Shown one piece after another: positions 37,308 to 64,000 of a stretch of 64,000 nucleotides of DNA. The notes beneath the pieces were generated by a model. The model made no database searches. It was given only the letters and a program-made list of their open reading frames with translations, and was not told where the DNA came from. Position numbers and translations under genes: made by a program. The stretch is from Bugula neritina (lineage: Eukaryota > Animalia > Bryozoa), in the NCBI GenBank assembly GCA_964035545.1, contig OZ037768.1, positions 20,133,700 through 20,197,699 of the forward strand, written 5' to 3'. How positions within the stretch are numbered: the first letter of the stretch is position 1; each line of letters starts with the position of its first letter.

Positions 37308-40022
37308 TAAACCAAGGCCCTTTTTTGGTAACTTTATACATAGTTTTATGGAAAGACTTCATTCAAATGAAATTACTACAGCAACATCTATTTTTTAAAG
37401 CAACTAAGTTTGCATAAAACAGCTACATTTCACAGCTATTCAAGTTTAGACCTATCCCATTGAGTTGATATGTAGTATAAACAAGAGGAATTACTGCAGC
37501 ATGTAGCTACAAGCAAATTTCTACCACATGTAGCTCACAATTCTAACACTTTGTAGAGAGCTGGTAGAGCAGTAAGTCATTCAACTTTTAACCTCAGGAT
37601 TTTCAGACTAAGGTCACATGAGTTGACTTATAACCGGGCAAGCCATAGAAATTGTGTACAATCTAACATAATTTGAATAAAACCTTACAGCAAATACTAC
37701 ACAAGTAATCAAATGATTAACTCAACAATAAAACATACATTACTGTCTGTGGGTAAATAGGTTAAAGTTTAAATTATTTTCAATATGGCTTAAGGCTTTA
37801 CCTAAACATAACTATTACAAGATAAAAATATTGACAAAGAATATTCTATAAGTACTTTTGTTTTCGCTTTTCGCTATTTTTACTAAACTTAATTATGCTG
37901 TACCACCCTATGATATTGGCCATAAGCACACTATGTTGTATCACCCTACGGGATAGGCTGTATGTCAAATTATTTGCAACCAATCATATCCCATTAATAA
38001 GAAATCTAAATTAAATAACTTAAGATTTGCTTTATAAATAAAAAAGTCTGCTAATATATTATACAGCAATGTACCATTGTAAGCAATCAAAATATAAATA
38101 AGTTGTTATTGCTCATACCTTGCCACTCAAGAGTTGTCTTTCATTTGGAATCAATAGATGGAAATCCATATGCATATGCTTATAGCATCTTTAATCCAAC
38201 ACAAGAGAAAATACTTTAAACTACAAGTTTTGCCTATTCTTGCGTTCATTTTCAGGCAGCAAGATAAAAACACAACCTGGCCAGTCTAGATCTTGTAGAA
38301 AATGAAACTTAAAATGTTAACAATAAGTATGCATCTGTCAAAGGTTGGATCTATCATTTTCATCTGAAATACCATAACTAATTTGAAAAGAGCATGCCCT
38401 ATAAAAGTATATCCCAACAGGTCCATATGGCATATACACATAGCTGACTGCATACATCTAATGCAGTTTATAATGGATGGCATAGCTATGTTGGAGCTAG
38501 AAGGGGTGGCAAATCAGCCCTTTACTGGAGAGTACTGTTCTAACATGAGTATAATTTAAATGTCAGTTAACTTACATTCTCTAATTGCAAAAAAGTTATT
38601 CTAGCAAGTTGCATGCAGTCTGAACAGCAGAAAGCAAAACTTGCGTATTTACAGGGGAGTGCTAACAATTCAAATAATCAAATACTTGGTTTCCATAATT
38701 TATGCGAGTGTTTGAAGCTTTAGAGAAACTGGTTTAAATTCACCAGGTTTTCTTTAGTAAATCAAAATATTTAAGGAGCATGCCACTGATAGAGAAGTGA
38801 GAATGTGATGACCAACACACATCAGTAGAATATTGTTTTGCAATTAGTTGATCAAGCTCCATTCTGCAGGTCCTAAATGTTAACAGCCAATCCAGCATGA
38901 CTTCAGCAATGAAATCACACTATAGAAAAAACAGTTATTGTGATAAATGAAAGATTTTGCTGCTGCAGCTGCCTCCGCGAAGACTCTACTCTCTTTACAT
39001 TTGTATGCAGGGTTGATCAAAGCAAAAGCAACACCTTGGCTTCTGCTTTACCTTGCACATTAGTATTGTGAATTATCTTCAAGATTTACCACAATAATAC
39101 ATTTCCTTTAAAATTCCAACTGTTAGATGTTTTATGGCACACTTACAAACGTCATTAAATCACGAACACCTGTGTAGGTACATGCTAAACTCATCATTTC
39201 AGCTGAATATGCATTCTTGAGCTAAACTTTCATCCCTGGCAAGAATAGATATTGTGTGTGTTTAGTACTATACAGTGCTTGTCCTTTATTTGGGGATAGA
39301 AACAAAGCAATAGATGAATGTTTGATCACCAGCACAGCTTACAAGGTATTGCTAATTTGTGTAGATTAAAAACACTTGTGCTACGAGATTCCAATAAAAA
39401 TCCAATAAAATTTGAGTTTTCTATGCATAAATCAAACACTAAAAAGTGTGTCAAAAATTCATATTCAAAATTATGAATAAATAGATCAATCAGAATGGTT
39501 GGAACTTTGCCTCATGATATACTAGAAGTAAATAATTAATAAAATGAGATAATGTTCTAGTAAAAATATTTACTAACATAAATTGAATAAATAACCACAA
39601 GCTTGACTAGAATCTCTCCTAAAGCATCTCTACTAAATTACAGCATAAGTTTCAGATATGACGCTCGCTAATGCATATGTATGTACTTTGAAAAATATAT
39701 ATATTATATATATGTGTGTGCATATTATATATATAATTGTATACACTCGAATTATTTTAAAATTGTTCTTCGTTGGCATTTGTTGAATTATTAGAATTTT
39801 ACTATATTTATAAGATAGTTGCACAGAGCAGATGAGAGGATAAGCTGTCCATGATCTCCAGCATTGTGAATGCATGGAGCAGAGTCTATAGTCTGAGTAT
39901 TCTGTCTTCACCCCGAGGCCCAGACTAATCCAGTCTTCACACATTACAGGTGTATGTTGGCATGTAGTACAAAGGAATGAGTAATCAGCATACGGTACGG
40001 AGTTGTCCCTCTTACTCCACCA

Positions 40023-56240
<16,218 letters not shown>

Positions 56241-56470
56241 TACTAACAAACTGGGCTGATATTAAGGGCCAATCGCGGCTGCACTTAAAATCAATATACA
56301 GCACATTGACCAATATAAAGCAAGAACAAGAGTATATAAGCCATATCGTTGTTATTGCATCACGGTATCTCATCAACTGACAAACAGGCATTTAAACCTC
56401 GCATGGGTCAAGGATGATAGCAAATTAATGTAGCGAGTTGCATATATGTCGTTCTTTACATCCTGAGCGT
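56241..56470. promoter_or_regulatory. Putative (bidirectional) promoter region between PFKFB and YOD1
   Basis: CpG-containing, less AT-rich island directly upstream of the PFKFB ATG with two CCAAT boxes (about 56269 and 56310), flanked by simple-repeat tracts. Confidence 0.5.
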
Positions 56471-56499
56471 TATAATTATGTGTGAATACATTAAATTTA

Positions 56500-57170
56500 A
56501 TATACTACTAATTGTAATAGTAAATGTAATAGAGTATAGAGTAATATCAATCCTAATATTAATAATACTCACCAATAGTAATAGTAATACTAATAGTATT
56601 AATATTAATAAATAGCTATAGGTCAAATACTGAAATAGCTATTTATTATAAGTACGTAGTAAATATTAGTAACTACTGTAACTCAGTAGATAGTAAGTCA
56701 ATTACTCAATTTGAATTAGTCAATTACTATTAGTATTACTATTAGTATTAGTATTACTATTACTATTAGTATTACTATTACTATTACTATTAGTATTAGT
56801 AAGACTTAGTGTATTACTATTAGTATTATTATTACTCACTATTAGTATTAGTATTACTCACTATTACTATTAGTAATAGTATTACTATTAGTATTAGTAT
56901 TACTATTAGTATTAATATTAGTATTACTATTACTACTAGTACTACTAGTAGTAGTACTAATAAAAAATTATAAAATATTAATAATAATATTAATTTCTTT
57001 GCGATATTTTACCATTTACTTCAAGTATAACCTTTACCTTACGCTTACTTTTAGTCATTAGTAACTGTGAGTAACTTACTCTTACTCTTAGTCTTAGTCC
57101 TTAGAGTTAATAGTGTTGGTATTGCTGATACTGTTAGTATTACTATAAGTATAAGTATAACTATTGTACT
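56500..57170. repeat. Low-complexity (TATTAG/TATTAC)n tract
   Basis: Directly visible, densest at 56722-56960. Confidence 0.9.
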
Positions 57171-59047
57171 CATACTCGTATTGGCACAAAAAATAAGAGT
57201 GTAAATATCAATATGAGCATGAAATCGGAAATGGATACGATATTAATTTATTGGTTTAGTTCTATGACAATATGAATAAATTTACTCAGTGTCATTACTC
57301 GATTTCTTGATTACATTAACATTGTAATTGTGACGCTAACATTCATTCGATAAAAACAACTGAAAGCCATTGTAATTTAATTTTCGTTTAAAGTAATTTA
57401 AATAATTTAATTAATAATGAATTTGAAATAATCAAAAATACAATGACAAAGAAGCTTTAGTTTTTGAGAGAGAGAAGTTTTTTTATGAAATTGGAAATAC
57501 TATTCAACACTAAGATGTGTGAAATGGAAGAGGTTCTGGTGATATTTGATTATTTGACAAAACTTCAGACACTCTTTTTCCATATAATTGATTCATACAC
57601 ATATAATATTAACTTGGTGACCCATCGATAAAAGAGGTGAAATCCTAGGCTATAATCATCATTACTGGTATATCATGACCCATCATATCACATTGTTACA
57701 TCTTCAATTGTCTTGAATTTTGGTGTGTGGCACTGGTTGAAGTTTTATAAAAGCAAAATCAATTGTATTCCTTAAACTATGAAAGCTGGTTCTTGTATAT
57801 GACTAGACATTGTCACTGTGAACTCTAACATATAAAACAACTGTTATAAAATTTTGTGAATTAACATGGCAGTCAAGGCAGCTGCTATCAGTCATGCAAT
57901 GATCCAGTTTTATTGGTTTATGTTTAGCAACATTTAGTATGTGTGGTGAGTATAGTATCCAACTGAACAGAGCAGTAAATTTTCTGTTATAAATAACCAA
58001 ATAATTATTTATTTTGACTATTTGTTATAGCACCTTGTTTAACTCTTCTGAATTATAAATGGTTTGTGTCTCAACTTTTTTGCTTTTTAAAGTTTGTTAT
58101 CAGTGCAACATTTTCCTTATAATTTTGCGGTTGGATACAACCAGGTGGTGGCCTTCTTTCATGTACATTCATACAATGATTTTGAGTAATATTTTTTCAA
58201 AAAAATCTATTTCTATGAAATTATAATATAGTTTTAAGATAATTTAATATATTTATGACCTTATTAGTTAATGTTTAGGCTGTCAAAAGCATTCCATTAT
58301 ATACTTTTTGGAACTTTGCATCAATTGACATTAAACTAGGCATTTGTTTTTATAATGCAATGCCGAACACTATCTCATTGTATGCATTATATTTCTATAC
58401 CTCAAAGCATTCTGAAATTATTAACACTAAATATACAATTTAAGTAGGAGATACTTTTTAGTTATAGTGAAAAATTAATAACTAGTGCTGGTGTATAAGT
58501 ATATTGTGTGCTAGTAAATATCAATGTTGAAAATGGTTTACTTTAAATATTCAGCAGTATAGTTTTTGCATTCAAACAAGGCTTCAATAGTAAACAATGT
58601 TATGCTTACTTGTTTAAAAATACTGTAACAGTAGTTCGAAAACAATAGCTGCAGAAATACATGCAGTGATAGTCAAAGTTACATAATTAGCTGTAGACAC
58701 AAGTTGTAGACAAACATAGATATCAACAATATTGATCAATTAGTTATTAATAGTACTTGAAATTATTTTGAGATTGTTTAAGTAATAAAAACTATTTACT
58801 CAAGCAGCCCCCTAAATAGAAATATGATGCTGCTTACACAGTTTTTTCAGCTATACTGTCAACTTGATGCATAACTCCTATAATTATTTTTATGCTGTTA
58901 TGAATAAATATCTTGCAGTAATCTGAACTATGCATTTGAAAACACTCACTTATGATCAGAATGAGAAATTTTTTTAAAGAATTTGCAAGTCATATGTAAC
59001 TATTTGTTAGTAGCATTTAAATTTATTTATCATTTTCAGCGGGTTGG

Positions 59048-62000
59048 ATGGCCACTTCCATAACACTAAAGTGCAGATCCAAGTCTGCGATTCACTCAAT
59101 TAAAGATTTAAACACTCACTCAACACTCTTTGAACTGAAGGGTTTCATACTGAGTCTGACGGGGCTGGAATACAATGAACTTTCCCTCAAGTCTGGGTAC
59201 CCACCTACATGTATAACCAACAGTGAGTTTGCCTGAAAGTTGGCACTAAAGCTAATTTCCATCAATACTACACTCCTTTAGTATCTAGAAAAGTTATATA
59301 TTTTAAGGTTATTGACAGGTGTTTCTAAGCTAGTCTAAACAAAGCTCAAGTTAAGTTTGCCATGCAAAAGTGGTTTATCAAACGGAAAATTTTAGGCTAG
59401 TTGAAATGACTACAGGTACCGCAGTAAAAATGGTTGGAAAACATAAAAAACTAATATCTAATCTTTGACTACCCATCATCTTCACACCTCCTACTATCTC
59501 TTGCGCTTATATCAACTTTGAATTGTAGCAATACCTAATCTATAAGAAAATTAAGTATTAACTTTGACCAAAAAAAAAAACAATGTACTTGTCATGATCT
59601 TTGTCTCAAATTGTTCACTAGGTGAGTTAAGCAATGATTCGAATATTTATGCCGATGAATAAAAAATTATGCACAAAATAGAATGAATAATTTTTATTAG
59701 TTTACGCCCAGTTGTTTGTTTCATCAGATATTTCAATTATGCTGATGTCATTGCACATGAAACAAAATTTAAATACTTGATATTATGATATTATATGAAG
59801 ATATTTTCATGACATCATGTATATATTTTTAGTAAAATCATTATTTATTCAATTTATTAGTTTCTTTTCGTCAGTCTAATTACTATCTCTTACTCTTCAG
59901 AAAATCATCATCAATATTTTGCTCACTGAATAAAAAATTTGGGAAATAGCAATTTATTGTTAAGTCGCAACTTATAATTTAGATGAATAATTGATGACTT
60001 ACATCTTCACAAACACCAAAAGTTTATGGTGATGTAGAGCTTCATAATTATTCTGAAATTGCAGGTTGAATTTCTACATTATTTTATGTCTTTTTTATTA
60101 TAATTCCAAACCTAATTGCAAATAATTTTTAAAGGAAAATTCCCAATCTGATTTTTCAAACCCAATAACTTTAGACTAACAATTTCTTGCAAATAACTTC
60201 AAATTTTTGCTTGATTTCAAACTTATACTGATGGATTTTGCACTCAAAAAGAAATTGATAACTAATGACCCTCAAGTCTAATAATTTATGATTAATAAAT
60301 GTAATTTTTAAAAACTATGAATTCTTATAAGTCTAATAATTCTGAAAATACTTCAAGTTGGTACTCTAGGTTATCATTTTAAAGAAAAAGTAAACTATAC
60401 AAAACTGAAAAAAAATTCAAGTTCATTTCTTTAATCTAAAATGTCTTGTTTTGTAACTCTCAACATTTCTGCACTGTCAGGGCAACTTTTGAATTTTAAT
60501 AAAAAAATATCTGTGCCTAGTTATTCAAGTATTTAGTGATCTACATAAGCGATGCTACAATGTAATGTTGAAAATTCAAGCTCAACTTTTTGCGCTGGTT
60601 AAAATAATATGCTTTATTGACCTATGTGTTTAGTAGTACACATCTTGTGATGTAGTATAAAACTTTGAGATTGGCTTATAGTATTTGGTCCAGTACTAAA
60701 TATATTGACTGAAGTATGTGTTGGACTACAGCTACTTATACAGTATATAATGATGACCTGCAGGCTATGAATTTTGGCACCTAACATCTACGTGTATCCG
60801 GTTATAGTAACGATCTTTTAGGGATGAAATTAGTACCAGTATTCATGTCCAGTCTCCAAAGAAATACGTTAATAATTATGCCAAAGTTTTTCCTTAGTTT
60901 AAGAAGTTCACTGTTACAAAAGGTTAGGGAGAGATTCAGAAACATATATTTCATATAGTCTAAAGAATTAAGCAAGAGCTGAAAAGCGTTGTGTCGAGAT
61001 ATTTAAGTATTGCTGGTTATACTTTAAGGTGACGAAACACTTCTCACGGACTGCGGCATCAGAAATGGTGACCTAATCATTGTGGAGGAGCTGAAAGAAG
61101 GCAGTAGCTTTTCTCCAAGTATGTCATTCTATCATATTATACCTCATCATGTCTTACAGAGCAAATTGCAGCTAGTTATCATCTGATATTACTTTTTTAG
61201 TAAATCTTAAACCATGTGCTGAAAATTTCTTCAATGACAGTTATCTAATAAATTTAAAGTTGTTATTTCCTGGTTGTTTTGGACTTTTAAATATGGGAAC
61301 TAGTTATACTGATTTAAAGGTTATTTATAAACTTCTGTATTTTATGTTGCAGAAAAAAGGCCTGCAGCCACAGGCATATCCTCATCACAAACCAGTATTA
61401 AAAAGCCTGCGATGAACCAAGTGAATCTCGGTGTTACGAGAAAAATTGTGCCGGCCAATAACTCTTGTCTATTTACTAGCATCGGCTTCTGTTTGCATAG
61501 AAGAATAGACCAAGCCGATGCTCGTATCATGCGCAGAATCGTAGCTGAGGAAGTATTATCAGACTCTGAGAAGTTCACTGAAGCATTATTAGGTAAAATC
61601 CAAAGTTCAGTTACTGAGAATTTGTAATCAGTAATTGCAGTAGTTTATTTGGGCAGTTCAAAGTTTTCTCTCATCATGTGTACAAAGTCGATTTTATTGA
61701 ATCTGTGCAGTTCATATACACTGTTGTACTTGTGGTGCTTATACCGTAGTCTGTTGAGTGTGGAACTTACTTTTGCCATATATACTGCAATTGGATAAAT
61801 ATAATTTTTTTTATATATATGGTGTTGAATTAACATAATATGCTTCTGGCAGTGAATAGGATGTGAATATATAGGTCAAGTCGCTGGAGGTTTGTGTAGG
61901 TGTCCTAGGCTTAACCAGCATAGTTGATGAAACTTGAGTCTGTTGCTGAATGTTAATTGGCCAATATTGTAATGTGGGTCTCTGGTGAGTCATCATCTCA

Positions 62001-62440
62001 AATATGTTTCAACAGGTAGACCTCCTCAGGAGTATGCTGATTGGATTATGAAGCCGGAATCCTGGGGTGGGGGTATTGAGCTTTCAATTCTATGCAAACA
62101 GTATTCTATGGAAATTGATGTGATTGATATTAAAAACACGAGAATTGAGAAGTTTGGAGAAGAGCATAGTAACAGAATATTGCTCCTGTATGACGGCATT
62201 CACTACGACGCGCTATTTGAGGAAGACTCCCCTAAACCACGAACAATATTCCCATCTTCTAATGATGACATTTTGGCTAGGGCGCTGGCTTTGGCCGAAA
62301 AAGAAAATGCTAATCGCCAGTTTACAGACACTAAAAATTTTAAGCTGAAATGTTTGAACTGTTCTAGAGGTTTAAATGGTGCTCTAGATGCCAAAGAGCA
62401 TGCCGAGTTAACAGGCCATGTTAACTTTGGGGAGACCTAG
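59048..62440 (+). CDS. YOD1: Ubiquitin thioesterase OTU1/YOD1 (UBX-like, OTU, C2H2 zinc finger), 4 coding exons, 309 aa
   Basis: Exons 59048-59222, 61029-61118, 61353-61592, 62016-62440 (930 nt in phase): LKCRSK..GYPP..GIRNGDLIIVEE; PANNSCLF; WGGGIEL; YDGIHYD; CLNC..H...TGHVNFGE. An acceptor at 59038-59039 implies an upstream UTR exon. Confidence 0.95.
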
Positions 62441-62904
62441 CAGCTTTCAAGACCAGGTTTAATGGCTCCTCTCCGTAATATAAGATTGAATCAAGTGTGT
62501 GATACAACATGCTAGTTTTTTACTCACTGTTTATATGTTATAAATTTTACTGAGAAGTCTAAATTAACTCGCTGGTGATCTCAAAACTATTTTAGCTCAT
62601 TTTGCGAACGGTTTCTATAATATTGAATGTGTTTTGCTTAAGCTTAAGAATTTTTAGAATAAATGTGAAAATATTTTATTTAGACATAATTTATAAAACT
62701 ATGATATTTCTTGAAAAAAGTTTTACATACTTTTTATAGAATATTGCGCTCTATTAGCTTATGCCATATAATTAAGAAAATAAAAATATATAATGATTAA
62801 AAATGCCATAATTTGACATAACTAGAAACATAATACTTTATATACTCACAAGTCATTGTCAAAATGTTGAAAGAAATTTAAAAACAAGAAAAATAGAACC
62901 AGAT

Positions 62905-63838
62905 TTATTTCTTTTTGGACGGCAGTATATTCATTTCTTTAGCAATAATAGAAAGCATCACTTCATCAGCACCCCCACCAATGGACAGTATCCTAAAGTC
63001 CCTGCAGAATGTAATATCAAACACTGTGAGTCAGATGTAGCTTTATTTAGATCTGGTAGTATTTTATTCATAGAAACTTGGGTAAGTGAGATCACAGTAA
63101 ATGCTATGATTACTTGGCACAACAACAAAATATCAGATATTAATAAAATCACAGTAAAATGTTATTTTGAAGAACTATAGTTCAACTTTTTTGAAGAATT
63201 ATCCTAATTTGCTGTTTATTTTTGTACTGTGTGTTGTAAAAATAGGTCACAGCATTGAAAACTGCAATGAGCCACGACAATGACACTGTTAAGAAAAAAG
63301 GTAAGACTATTGTAGGCAGAGTTATGATAGTTAAATTTATTCCCTTTGTTTACACCACCAGATTTGAGGTAGACATAATGTAGGCGAGTGAAAATATTTT
63401 AGTTACAATAAATGTTTGTTTGCCATCAACATTCATATATGTAGCATATTATTCACACCTATTTTAATATTTTCATTTAAAAGTGATGCCACATCTTAAC
63501 TTTCTTACATTATATATTACATTTTAGTTTAAGATCTGTGATAAAACTTTATTTACTATACAATTTTCTAACATTCTGATTGTGCTGATGTAAAAAACAA
63601 TTGAACAACTTTTAATTAAAGCAGAAAAATATTCATTTATGGCGGATTAAATCCAGGTAAAACAGAAAGGATAAAGAGAATATTCACCTGTAAAACCTGC
63701 TTACAAGTACGTCACTAGTGAAACCCATGCCACCCCAATACTGTAGACATGCATCTGGTATTTCTCTTGCCAACCGTCCAGCTTTTAACTTCACCATAGA
63801 AGCCATCTTTGTAACATTATGTCCCATACAGTACTGGG
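62905..63838 (-). CDS. Acyl-CoA dehydrogenase (acdh-6-like), last two exons; gene continues beyond the window
   Basis: Not in ORF track. Exon 63838-63688 QYCMGHNVTKMASMVKLKAGRLAREIPDACLQYWGGMGFTSDVLVSRFYR and exon 63001-62905 DFRILSIGGGADEVMLSIIAKEMNILPSKKK*, the ACAD C-terminal signature (Q..GG.G...R.YRD....I..G). Confidence 0.92.
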
Positions 63839-64000
63839 CTAATTGAGAATAAAAAGATGGTGTGCAAAAGAACTAAATATCAAGAGATTGGAGTTGTCAC
63901 ATTTTTACATGTATCAATTAGTAAACTTAGGTAGCCCACTTATGCAGTTCAACATACAAATCTGTGAGAAAAGTGTAGAGCATTTAAAATATAAAATATT

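Noticed and set aside
39633-40022. Stop-codon readthrough or extra coding exon after PFKFB
   Set aside because: C-terminus ALSTVPKH matches the usual family end; TGA-TGG is not a known readthrough context; no homology recognised downstream.
62958-63152. 64-aa minus-strand ORF in the track
   Set aside because: Wrong frame; the real exon is 63001-62905 of the acyl-CoA dehydrogenase.
63267-63300. Plus-strand mini first exon (ATG...AAG|GTAAG)
   Set aside because: Lies antisense within the acyl-CoA dehydrogenase intron with no supporting downstream exon.

Overview
AT-rich, intron-rich animal (invertebrate) genomic DNA; no prokaryotic features. Left to right: a disabled coactosin-like duplicate (2441-3765, +); a very young BEL/Pao LTR retrotransposon (4121-10301, -; 452-bp LTRs with one visible mismatch, AGAGT TSD); a non-autonomous hAT element (11813-13600, 8-bp TSD); an intact coactosin-like gene (13927-18974, +); an NR4A/HR38 nuclear receptor with a conserved DBD but strongly diverged LBD (20213-30300, -); a 13-exon PFKFB gene (40023-56240, -) head-to-head with YOD1/OTU1 (59048-62440, +); and the last two exons of an acyl-CoA dehydrogenase (62905-63838, -). 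MITEs, tRNA-derived SINE fragments and minisatellites are scattered through introns. Best leads: (1) the BEL/Pao copy lacks reverse transcriptase yet keeps a nearly continuous Gag-PR-IN frame, has no tRNA PBS or adjacent PPT, and its PBS position is complementary to the LTR's own 5' terminus (possible self-priming); (2) PFKFB-YOD1 head-to-head linkage as in human; (3) tandem repeats built on splice sites; (4) an NR4A LBD that has lost pocket-filling aromatics. All gene models were assembled by eye from translation and GT-AG phase; none is transcript-verified.
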